A DNA stretch of 64,000 nucleotides from Entomortierella parvispora E1425. Its lineage: Eukaryota > Fungi > Mortierellomycota. Each line of letters begins with the position of its first letter. Position 1 is the first letter of the stretch. The notes under the pieces were generated by a model. The model worked only from the letters and a program-made list of their open reading frames with translations. It ran no database searches and was not told where the DNA came from. The stretch is taken from contig BQFW01000002.1 in the NCBI GenBank assembly GCA_020891255.1, forward strand, positions 3,038,001 through 3,102,000, given 5' to 3'. The position numbers and the translations under genes are program-made. Positions 13,201 through 24,235 of the stretch are shown here, piece by piece.

Positions 13201-14034
13201 GAATGGGAGGGGATGAAAAAAAAAGGAAGGAAAGAGGCAGAGAATCTACGGCGCGGACTATTCCGCGCCATTGGACACATGTCGGTGGAGAAGAGATTGT
13301 AGGACCTAGACACAAACTCGGAAGACGCTCGTAAGAGGCAGTCAAGCCCGTAAAGCATCGCGCGCTAGATCGTCCATTCTTTCTTTTTTTTTCCTTTCTT
13401 CGCCTCTAATGGTACCCTTTTGCTACTCGTGAAAATCCCTCACGTCTGCTGCCCCTCACCCTCATCCGTTTGGTTACAACTTTTATGCCTCAATTGATAT
13501 TTGATTTCATGCAGGCCAGAGAATTCCCATAGTTGATTTAACGAGGGGGCGCAGAGCAGGAACTGGTGTTCAATTGGAGATATGAACAGAACTAAGCCAG
13601 AGACCATTCCATTGGAATACAATGGAGCAACAAAAAGAGATTAGAAAAGCGCTCAAGCAACATAAGAAAAACAAAAATAATTTACCCCGGGTTCTCTTGG
13701 CAACATGGGACGCTGTGAGTGGGTCCTGGGTCCAAGATCTGGATCCAGAGGGTGGAACCCGCAAATCAGCGTGCACGAGATGCGTCAAATTGAAGACAGC
13801 TACAGGAGCAAGAGAGACGCTCAGGCCAGGACTGCCCGATCCGATTTGCCAAGGGGAGCAAGAAGAGAAAAGGTCAAAGAAGGGCAAGTAAAAATAGATC
13901 CCACACGACTGGCACCAATGACGCCCGCCATTTGTCACCCGCACGGAAACATGGCCGCAGCCATCGTGCGCGAATTCCAGCTCAGCGGCTAAAAAAATTG
14001 ATCTTTGTCAAAATTGCCGCATTCCCTGCCACCA

Positions 14035-14041
14035 TATAAAA
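14035..14041 (+). promoter_or_regulatory. Candidate TATA box of the ODC gene
   Basis: TATAAAA about 600 nt upstream of the ODC ATG, followed by a pyrimidine-rich stretch. Confidence 0.5.
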
Positions 14042-14331
14042 GGAGGGACGAGCCCGTTCCTGCTTCCCTCATTCCCACCATCACTTCTTTGTTCATCATC
14101 CCCAACATCCACCAACTCAACAAGCCAAGTCCACTCAAGCTCACTTACCCAGCTCTCCTCGATACATCCCTCCTCCCCTTTACAAGAACCTCGATATCCC
14201 ATTTAGGACAGCAGCCACTTCTCGCTTTCTTTCACCGTTCGACTCTCACTCTTCCTCCACTTCTCCCTGAAAAGAGACCCCGGGCTTCCACCCATTTCCC
14301 ATCTTGGCAGGCCGTTTTCCTTCGGTTTGCT

Positions 14332-14421
14332 ATTAACATCACGGCGCTAAACAACACCTCAAAGTCAGCGAATCTTCGGCGATCGCCTCCTTGGCTTCCC
14401 GAATCCCAAGGACTCGTCTGA
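14332..14421 (+). promoter_or_regulatory. Non-AUG uORF (uCC-like, PPW motif) in the ODC 5' leader
   Basis: In-frame ATT (14332) or ACG (14341; A at -3, G at +4) start. Peptide (I)NITALNNTSKSANLRRSPPWLPESQGLV*, with PPW at 14386-14394 and stop at 14419-14421. No ATG occurs between the TATA box and the ODC start. Confidence 0.75.
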
Positions 14422-14641
14422 TTCTGCAGAATCGCCCACCGCCCTTTCAACATTATATTTTCTTGGCAAAGGCCTTGACCTTTTCGCCTTTCAGCGCTTT
14501 TTTTAATCGCCTTTCTCGGCTAAACCACGCTCAGTTTCCGCAGCAAGCAAAGCAATCACTGAAGCAGCAGTAGCAGTAGCAGCAATAGCACTGTCTTTCG
14601 CCCCCCAGACAATCTCTACCGATAACTCCTCGACTATCACA

Positions 14642-16146
14642 ATGATCGACATCTCTTTCCAGCAGGATCAGTACGACATCGTGCCCACTTTGGTGCAGTC
14701 CCCTTTGATCGAGACCCTCAAGGCCCGCGCGAAGGCTGAGATGGCTCGTGGCAACTCTGCTACCGCTTTCCCCAAGGTCCATGAGTTGCCCATTGACCAC
14801 ATGTTCCACGCACGTCTCGCCTCGTTCGATCCCGAGAGCGAGGACGCAGAGGCTGAGAATGCCTTTTATGTGGCCGACCTCGGTGAGGTCTACCGCCAGC
14901 ACCAGAGATGGAAGGCTCTTCTCCCTCGTATTGAGCCATTCTTTGGTAAGACATTCGGAAAACGACAACTCGATGACGTTCCATGAACTTTTTTGATTTT
15001 AGCATCCTGGACTTTGGTGCTAACCGTATCAATGACGTTTTGTTCTGGTGGTTTCTAGCTATGAAGTGCAACCCCGATCCCATGGTGATGCGCCTTTTGG
15101 CCTCTCTCGGCACCGGATTTGATTGTGCTTCCAAGAACGAGATCCAGTCTGTGCTGGACATGGGTGTGGACCCTTCCCGTATCATCTATGCCAACCCTTG
15201 CAAGCAAAACTCGTTTGTGAAGTATGCTTACCAGAACAAGGTCCGCATGATGACCTTTGATAACGCGGAAGAGCTTTACAAGATCAAGAAGTTCCACCCC
15301 GAGGCTCAGTTGGTCCTCCGTATCCTGACCGATGACTCCAAGTCGTTGTGCAAGCTCGGACTGAAGTTTGGAGCGCCCTTGGACACTACTGGATCGTTGT
15401 TGGAGACCGCTCAGGCATTGGGACTGGATGTGATCGGGATCAGCTTCCACGTGGGCAGTGGATGCTTTGACGCCAACGCTTTCGGTGAGGCTGTCATTCG
15501 CGCTCGTCGCGTCTTTGACCAGGCCAAGAGCTACGGATTCGATTTCAAGTTCTTGGACGTTGGTGGCGGATTCCCTTCGGCTCATGTGACCGAGGGTATC
15601 ACCTTTGAGAAGGTGGCTTCGATCTTGGGATCCACCGTCGATGCTCTCTTTGAGCCCGATGTGCGTGTGATTGCTGAGCCTGGTCGTTACTATGTCGGTT
15701 CGGCCTTCACCTTGGCCACCCAGGTGATTGCCCGCCGCACCATTCAGCGTGATTTGACCGAGGAGATCCTTGCTCAGGAGAACCAGAACCCCTCCCACAT
15801 GTACTACATTAACGATGGCATGTACGGATCGTTCAACTGCATCATGTTTGATCACCAGATCTGCGAACCCAAGGTCCTTCTTAAGGACGGCGAGTTTGCC
15901 TACAAGGATTCGTCGCTCAGTGTCAACAACGAGCCCCTTGGTATCGCCTCAGTCTGGGGACCTACCTGCGACAGCATTGATTGCATCTCTGCCAAGGCGG
16001 CTTTGCCCCTGATGGAGACTGGAGACTGGCTCTACTTTGACAACATGGGCGCCTACACCATCACGGCCGCCAGCCAGTTCAACGGTTTCCGCAAGAGTGA
16101 GATCCTCTACACCACCACTGAACCCGAGGTCTCGTTCCACTTTTAA
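14642..16146 (+). CDS. SPE1: Ornithine decarboxylase
   Basis: PLP-lysine motif PFF-AMKCN across intron 14946-15058. Also FDCASKNEI, SFHVGSG, LDVGGGFP, AEPGRYY, WGPTCDSID and MGAYT. Confidence 0.97.
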
Positions 16147-16533
16147 GGCCTCACCCTTTTTTTTCGGTCGTTCGACCCTGCGACCTTTTTTTTTTTCCCA
16201 ACCTCAAAAAAACTTATCAATAAATTTCATGTGAACAATAATATTCGTCTGCCATTGAAAAACACAAGTGGTTTTATCTTTAATGATCTTTGCTGCTCTA
16301 ATGCTCAATGCCGTGAGGAATGTGGTTCAATTGGTTTGTGTTAGAGTTCGAAACGGGCAACAATAGAGATCATGATTGAAAAAAAAAAGATGTTATTGTA
16401 TAGTACAGGGGTGCGGGGCCAGAGAACAGGCATTAGGCTTCTATGGTTTGTTGGGTGCTTGGTCTGGTGAAGGGTATCGAAAAAAAAGAGAGAATGAGGT
16501 GTGGTCATGAAAGGATATCTGCTTGCGGTTTTT

Positions 16534-18138
16534 TTAAGCAGCGGTTGGTTGTACAGGGGACGCAACTGGAGGTGGCGTCGGGGTGGGGGTCGTGGGCCTA
16601 GAACGTCTGGGCGATGAAGTTCTGGATCTGGGACGTTCCTGAGAAGTGGATTGGTAATGATGATGGTGATGATGGTAATGGTGGTGGTGATGATGTTGCT
16701 CTTGCTGCTGCTGACTTGACGGCTGGCCTTGCTGTTGACTCTGCTGCTGTTGCTGCTGCTGATCCTGCTGTTGCTTTTCATCTGCGCGAGCATGCCGCCA
16801 ATCCTTGACGCTCTTTCGGAGCTCTTCCTCTGTCACCATGCCCGTCATAACACCGCCTGTAGTTGTCTTCCAGACAGCCCAGCCCTCCTTCAGGTCCTCA
16901 CGCCAGACCACGCCCTGGTATTGGAAGGTCCAGAAGCTCCACCAGCACATGAGAATGAGTCCCATGACCAAGTTGGAGACGATCATAGGCCAGAAGCGAA
17001 ACTCAAGCACATCAGTCCTATAACGGACCACGACCGCTGCTCCATGGAGCAATGATTGACTGTTCATCCCCCCCACTGATCCAGCGGCATGTGCAGCCTC
17101 CAACAGCTCCAGACAGGACTTGCCCGCGGAGGCGTACCGACAGAACGTGGGATCGCCCATGGGCATGAAGGGGACATGGAACCACCATCGACAAAACTTC
17201 CAAGCTACGGCCCATCCGGCGCCCACGCCCATCAGACACCAAGCCCGATAGTACTTGAGTTGTCCAATCTGGTCCATGCGAGTCAGATGCTCCCAGGAGA
17301 TCAGGCCCCAGAGGTTTCTTCGGAACATGAGTAAACCCAAGAATGTGGCCACGGGCATGTAGAGGATATACCAATTGCTATACTTTCTCACGAACGGTGC
17401 CAGGGGCAACAGGTTGTGCACGTTGCTGGGATCGACTTGGTTATGAGGGCTCTTGAGGGGATAGTTGGGCAAGTTTTTGTGCAATTGCTGACCGTACTCG
17501 ATTCCGAACGCAGCGCGATGTTCCTGCTGATGAATCTCCATGTCTGGATCCGAGAGCCAGATCGCAAGACCCCAACCGATCCAGACCACCCAGGTCCCGT
17601 AAATAACAGTGATCCGCTCCAGCTTTGGAAATCGAAGGAGATGCCAAGCCAGGGAAAAGATGTGGAAGGCTGTATCGGTCAAATAGACAAGATGGGTGAA
17701 AGAGACAAGTTGAAAAGGCGAAGGCGTGCCCAAGAGCATGATCATTCGGTAAAGAATTAGTCCGATATGGCCGACGAGGGATAGAGGGGTATATGTAGTG
17801 TGACTAAAAATACAAAAAAGCAATGGATGTCCGTCAGTATACCATTGGGTTTGGTGGCCAAAAGAGGCCTTCTTCCTAGGGGGCCACAAAACACAATGCC
17901 GATGCTCTTGGTAAACTTACATGCGCTGAGTGTTCTTCAGGTATTGCCGAGCATGTCGTCGGTCGCCATAGTAGGATCGCTTGGACCGAGGGGAAGAAGG
18001 AGGAGTATTTCGTTTCCGTCCGCTGTTAGAGCCATTGCCGCTACTGTTGCCAGAGCCGGGTCTTTTAGACTCATCTGGACTGGACCAAAAGCCCCCTTGG
18101 GATGAGTAGCCGCCCTGACTCGAGTAACCGTCATCCAT
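16534..18138 (-). CDS. Multi-pass membrane protein of unknown function with polyQ/polyH C-terminal tail
   Basis: First exon MDDGYSSQGG..TQR-M with a GTAAGT donor at 17920 and acceptor at 17876 is in phase with the 451-aa ORF. Several Trp-rich hydrophobic helices; CAG/CAT tracts near the C-terminus. Confidence 0.7.
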
Positions 18139-19052
18139 GGCCGAATGCATTCTCCCTGTCCTCGTCTATGGCCGATAAGAGGAGTGCTGTGTGGTGTCCT
18201 TAGGCCGGCTTGAGTCTGCAGGACTCGATCGTGGGAATGATTGCAAGCGAGTAAAAGGAGGAGGAGGGGAAAGGTGCGATTTGTCTACAGATGTGATGGG
18301 AAAGTGAAGATCGCTTGTTTTTTTTTCTTTGGGGGAAAGGAGAGCTCTCGCTTTTGTCGGTTCGAGTGTCGTTTAAAAGGGTCACTGTGAATTTTCAGGT
18401 GGAATCAACTGGAGGAAAGAGCAGGAGCTGAGTAGGAAAGCGAGGATGAGGATGAGTAATGGGATGGACCGGGAAGTGAATGTGAAGAAGAAAGGACAAA
18501 AGGAATGAAGGCAAAGCGTGAAGGCAAAGCGAAGTTGTGATAAGACATGAGAAAAGGAGGGATCATGTTTTTGCACGTGCAGGAAGTGCCTGTCGATTCG
18601 CACGCGCAAATTGTGTGATAAGGGGGGGGGAGATCCAAAAAAGTTTCTTTTCTGATCTCTGCTTCCTGGTGCGTGCGTTGCACGAGCTTCTTTCCCTTCC
18701 GACTTTCATATCACGACTTTGGATCGCACGGCAGCCAGAGAAGTGACAGGCAAGATGCATGCCAGTCTCCCCGTTACACAGGCGATGACAGATCGTACTA
18801 TGATGTCAGACTTGCCCAAAAAAGTGGGCATCGTCAATTACATGTATTTGCTGCCGTGTGCAATTACAGAGGGCGTTTCGTTTCTTTTGCGCCTTTCTAA
18901 CAAATCCTCGCCTCTGCCCTCTTGACCTGATCGTTTCTTCATCAACGTCTGTCTGTTGCCGTCCTGCCCGTCCCGCGAGCGCTCCCGCGAGCTCGCTCGC
19001 TGGTCAAGGGCCGGACCAGCCTTCAACCACCCCCCGCGATGGATCCAGCGGG

Positions 19053-19060
19053 TATAAAAG
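19053..19060 (+). promoter_or_regulatory. Candidate TATA box for the small gene at 19911
   Basis: TATAAAAG preceded by GC-rich CCCGCGAGC repeats and followed by a long pyrimidine-rich stretch. Confidence 0.5.
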
Positions 19061-19910
19061 GGTTGCCGTCGTTCTCCCCTCCATCCTTCCTTCTTTCTCT
19101 CTTCTTTTCCTCTTCTTTCTCTTCACCCTTCACCACTTCCATTTTCCACTCCACAAAAATCCACCGATCCCTCTCCACACGCTTCCGGTCCTCAAGAAGA
19201 AACCCAAGCCAAACCCAAACCAAGTTCAAGTTCCAAGTCAAGTCAAGCCAAGCCAAGCTCTGTCGTTCGTTTTCTTCAAGCATCCCTCGGTCCAACTCAA
19301 GTCTCCTGCCGCAAGGTCAAGAATAATTTCCATCAAGTCGTCCACCCCTGGTCCCCCCAAAAGACAAGAACGTTCGTCCATCCCCCTCTCTTTGTCCAAC
19401 CCAAGAATTTTCTCAAGAAGCGCAAGCCATCAGCAGGATCTTACTCGTCCATCTCCAGGTAATGGATCCTACATCCTCAAAGATGTTCCCTGGGCTCTAT
19501 TCACTCATTTCCCTCGTGAGCGAAAAGCAAGCAAGCACTCGGCCATTTTTTTCTGTTGGCGTTTGTGATTAGTGACAGGACCTTTTTTAATCCACCGACA
19601 ATCCAACCACCTTGGGCGACAGGACACCTTGGACTGTCTCCCCTCCATTCCTCTCGACCCTGCTGTGTTTTTGTCCGGTGGAGGGGAGGCGGTGCGATAA
19701 TGCGGCTCTGCAGGAGGTTCTGTCTCTGAGCCAAAAGAGAAAGATTCACACAGGTTACACCAAACCGTATGCATACACCTCTCACCCTGACTGACCCTTT
19801 TGTCTTTCTTTATTCACTCTCGGGTTTTCTCTCTTTAGTCGAAAAGCCGTTGCGACCTCCTACTTTCAACCACTCGCCCAAACCAATCTATTATACCGCT
19901 CAAAAACAAC

Positions 19911-20153
19911 ATGTCGTCACTCCAGTACAACCAGCCCGACAGCATGGTCTCGCTTGAAGATTCTCCCAGGAGCCTCGCCCCACGATCCGCCATGTCCATG
20001 GAAGAAATGATGGCGATGCTTTCAGGATCTCAATTCTCGAACGACTCTGCTGCGGCCAGCGCTGCTATGTCCAGGAGCTGGAGACAAGGAGATGCCAATT
20101 ATATCACCTCAACAGTTGCTACCACAGGAGGACACCGACGCAACCACGAGTGA
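19911..20153 (+). CDS. Small (80 aa) Ser/Met-rich protein of unknown function
   Basis: Strong start context (AAAAACAAC-ATG-TCG). The upstream leader has splice signals: GTAATG donor at about 19459 and CTGAC..TTTAG acceptor at 19838. Confidence 0.55.
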   Translation: MSSLQYNQPDSMVSLEDSPRSLAPRSAMSMEEMMAMLSGSQFSNDSAAASAAMSRSWRQGDANYITSTVATTGGHRRNHE

Positions 20154-21579
20154 TCGCAACACAAAAACGTCGAACACAACAAACACCAAACATCACAACT
20201 TCACCACACCACACCCGCAACGCAACGCAACGCAACACAAAAGAAAAAATTGATTCAATGGGAAACGAACTGGGGGGTGGGGGTGGGGGACAGGACAGGA
20301 CAAGAAGGAGGAAGACGAAGACCAAAAAAAACATTTCGACTGGAAAAAAAAAGAGCGGGAGAACAACCTTGATCTTTGCGGACTCAAACAACTCACTCTC
20401 ACCACCCCCAACCGACCAAAAAAAAAAGGCGTACTCTTCGGATTCCAGTTTCTTTTCATTTTCCTTCCACCCCCCATCCTACCCCTCACCCTTACTCCCC
20501 TCACTCCCCTATCTGCACCAAAATCGTCTTTTTTCCCTCTCATTCTCTTTTTTTTTTCACGGTCGTCTGGGCGTCTTTTGTTGACGCCCACTGTACAGTT
20601 ACGTCCTTTTAATGCTTAGCTAGTTATACCCTTTCTCTTTTCCATTTTTTCAGCTTCTTTTTTTCCCACCTTTTTTTTCGACTTGTTGTACCTTTTGCCC
20701 ACCTTTTTCCCTTGTCCTTTTATACTTTTTCGGGCCTTGCACACAAAAAACACCATTCAATACCTTTGGTTCAATTCAAAAAAAAAAGAAAAACACAAAA
20801 AAAGAAAACACACAGCAATGGATCATGTTCAAGATTTGCCTCTCTTCTCAAAAAAGACAAAGAAGATACAGCGGAAAATAAAAATGATGAATTTTTGACA
20901 ATTATCCATGCGCCATGGTCGCACCATGCAGAGGAATGTGGTTCTATTTTTTTTTTTTTTTTTTTTTCAATTGCGGAATGAAAAATGGTGGCAAAAAAAA
21001 AGTTAAAGGGGGATAGAGAAGGGGGATTGGCTGAGTTGATTAGGGACGGGAGAGATGAGAGAGAGAAAAGAAGGGACGAAAAAAAATGATGCGAGAGGAA
21101 TGTTGAAATGGTTGGGTAACCAAGAAAGCAGATTGTAATGCAAAAAAAAAAAATCTATGCACAATGCAAAAAAAAAAAAAGAACGCAACACAAAACAAAC
21201 AAATCTATGGGAGAATCTGGTAACTGAGGCCAGCCAATGCCGCGTGTTGCATTGTCTATGTCTAAATGCAATATGCAAATTGAGAACCACACCGGGATAG
21301 GGGGCGCGCGGGGGGAGGATAGGGCGAAGTAACTAAATGGATACAAGGGCAGGCAAAGGTGGCGCGAACACAAAAAAACACACAAATGCCTTGTTGGATA
21401 AGGAATGGATAGCTGGGTAGACCCAGGGGGGCGCCCCTCTTTTCGTTCCTCTTTTTTTCCCTGTTGTGGTCAATGCCATTGGTCCCTGCTCCCAAGAGGT
21501 GGTTTGGGGTAAGGGGACGGAAAAAAAACTCCGTGCCCCGACTCCTCGGCGAAAAGGAAGGAGGAGGAGGAGGAGGGGC

Positions 21580-22946
21580 TTATTGCTGCTGTTGTTGTTG
21601 AAGCCATTGGCCAATTGCCGAGATATGTCCATCCAGGAGTGTTTGTTGCACAAAAGCTGGTGCTGCAGCCATTGTGGTTTTAGCCGAGCTACTAGATGAG
21701 GTTCGGGAGTGCCGTGGGGTAGTGTGAATGGACGACGACGACGATGGTGCTCTTTTCTCTTGGGTGGTGTGGAAATGAAAATCCCGAGGAGATTCGTCCT
21801 CCACGAGGAATCCGGAGTATTGTTGACAAGACGTTGAAGAGCCCGTCGCGTGCAATGGCCGTTTGTGATGCAAGCAAGAGACGTGGGGACAACTCAGGAC
21901 CGTTGAAAGAGGACTGCATGCGATCCTGGATCGGTGATGGATATAAAAGGGACCATCCGGGACAGACGGGTGAATCGAGGATGACGGCGAGGGCTTTTTT
22001 TGTGGTATGATGTGGGAGGGCGAAGCAGCAAAAAAACACAGTTAGTGACCACGAACTAAACCACCAAACTGGCCACAGGAAAGAAAAAAAATCGAGCCAT
22101 GACGATGGGGGTTGCCGGGAGAGAAAAGCAAATGGGGGAGAGAGCGAGTTGAGCGGAGTGTTCTGCGCGTTCAACTTATCTCTCTCTCTCTCGTTTGGCT
22201 CGTTTGGCTCGTTTGGCTCGTTTGGGACAAGGTCCGGGAGATTAAATATGGGCTTTGACAAACAAATGAACGCACAAAAAAAATCATGGCTGCTGCAAGA
22301 GGGGAGGACAGACTCACAGAGATAAACAAACAAACAAACAAACAAATAGGAATCTTACGGCAGCAGCGCCCGTGGTCGTAGACTGGGAGACGGGAGGAGT
22401 CATGATCTCGATAGATCGGTGCATGGTCCGGTAGTTTAGCAAGAACGACGACATGTCAATAGGGCCTTTGGTCACCAATGGGGACTCGGTGTGGATAGGG
22501 ACCGAGAACTGTTGTTGGAGTAACATGCAAGGGAGGGAGGGCAGAAAAAAAATTAACGATTAGTTCCCCCTTTTCTGCTCCTGCTTTGCCGATGGACGAC
22601 TGGGAAGACGAATTGACTATCCAACGGACAAAAAAACATGGGAACAAAAGACAACATGGGAACAAAAGACAAGAGAGACACAAGAAAGCAGACACCAGAA
22701 AGGGTGCGTGCGTTCGGCGGCAGTGTTGTCCCACAACAAACGAATGGACGGCAAAAGAGACCAATTGACACAAACCTCGTCGTCTGGATCGGACCAGAGT
22801 TGTTTCCGTCGACGGGCTTCGTTCTTGAGGCTCTGGATATCATTGTTGGATGGGGTGTTTGTGGACGAGGGTCCGTTGAAGTAGAGACTGTCGTCGGCAA
22901 CGAAGGTCAAATCTGATGTCGTGGTGGGTGAAATGACACTTGGCAT
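21580..22946 (-). CDS. Three-exon hypothetical protein (~244 aa), Ser/Thr-rich with polyQ C-terminus
   Basis: Exons 22946-22776, 22508-22359 and 21993-21580 are each a multiple of 3 and join by phase-0 GT..AG introns (second intron has a CACTAAC branch site). The joined frame has no internal stop. Confidence 0.7.
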
Positions 22947-23424
22947 GTTGAATGAGGAGCGATGATTGTGGAATGAATGAATGCAGAACTGCAGAGTGGG
23001 GGAAACAGGGAGTGAAGGAAGAGGGAAAAGAAGAAAAAAAGCTGCGTATTTAAAGTACAGCAGTGGCCGTGTTTCTGACCCCGCCTGGCTCGGGCGGCCA
23101 TGCGATGGATGGCAATCACGATTTGTCTGACAGATATCTGGGGATGTGGGCGGAGACTGACGGAGAAGGAGGGAAACGGCTACCCGCGTTCCTCCTTGGC
23201 GCGTTGGCTTAAGGGGTCATCCGAAGATATCTGGCTTATTGGAGTGGACTGACCAATGGTTGGCGCCTGGCTGCGGTGGTGGTGACTCAGCCAGGGGTTT
23301 TCTCTTTGCGCCCATCGTCCTACGTCTTCCCCGTTATTGTCAGTGGGCACTCAGTCGTTGCGCCTCTCTCTCGTTCTCTCTCCCTTTCCCTCTCGTCATC
23401 CTAGTCCTTAGAACTCATTGCATC

Positions 23425-23943
23425 ATGTCAAACATGACTCTCCGGCGAGCGACCACAAATGATGCCGCTGTGCTGTGCGAGTTGGGTGCTCTCACATTCA
23501 CCAAAACCTTCGGACACATGTACTCATCCGAGAACCTGCAGCATTTCCTCGATGACACGTACACCATCGAGAAACATCTTCAGCCATTGAATAATCCTCG
23601 GGAATCCTTTTGGCTGCTGGAAGATGAAAATCACAAGGCCCTGGCTTTTGGTCAAGCAGGTGCGTGCAAGCTCCCGGTAAAGAACTTGGAACCGAAGGCG
23701 GGCGAGATCAAGCGGATCTACTGCCACCCAGATCAGCTGGGCAAGGGCTACGGCACTCAGATCTTCGAGAAGATGCTTGAATGGTTGGATCAAGTCGGCT
23801 ATGGTCCTCTCTATATCGGTGTCTGGTCAGAGAACTATGGTGCGCATCGTTTCTACCAACGCCATGGATTCGAGCATTTCTCCGAATACGAGTTCGAGAT
23901 TCATGAGCATCGTGATCGCGAGTTCATTTTCAAGCGTGCCTGA
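23425..23943 (+). CDS. GNAT-family N-acetyltransferase, intronless, resembling the bacterial PaiA/spermidine-acetyltransferase type
   Basis: MTLRRAT..DA..L..LG..TF..TF N-terminus, acetyl-CoA motif A (EIKRIYCHPDQLGKGYG) and motif B (LYIGVWSENYGAHRFYQRHGF). Confidence 0.9.
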   Translation: MSNMTLRRATTNDAAVLCELGALTFTKTFGHMYSSENLQHFLDDTYTIEKHLQPLNNPRESFWLLEDENHKALAFGQAGACKLPVKNLEPKAGEIKRIYCHPDQLGKGYGTQIFEKMLEWLDQVGYGPLYIGVWSENYGAHRFYQRHGFEHFSEYEFEIHEHRDREFIFKRA

Positions 23944-24235
23944 ATCACATTCCGCCCTTTGAGTAGAATGAGTGTGCATGCAACGCCCCACTCCTTTATA
24001 CCTTCATAGACTCTAGTAACATCCCCACTCTTCACGGCTTTACTGGGATTGTCTCAAAGTCCTGATTGGTGTTCACTGGGCTTGTCGCGTCCGCACAACT
24101 TTGTTTCCGTAAATAACGGTGGTGATTTTTTTTTTTTGAACCCCTGAGCATTGAAACACCATGAGTGAAAAAAACGCATCAAGACACAGACACACACTGC
24201 GTACTACAAAATTAAAATATTATTTACATGTCATG

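Noticed and set aside
13622-13891. RKSACTRCVKLK resembling a Zn2Cys6 cluster start
   Set aside because: The remaining cysteines and their spacing are missing; it is probably ODC promoter sequence.
14005-14421. 138-aa track ORF as a standalone protein gene
   Set aside because: It starts at TTG upstream of the TATA box. Only the 3' part is credible, as the uCC.
20150-22700. Microsatellites (GCAAC)n, (TTTGGCTCG)n, (CAAA)n and poly-A/T tracts, and the poly-Phe/Lys ORFs they generate
   Set aside because: Ordinary intronic/UTR low-complexity sequence; the ORFs are compositional artefacts.
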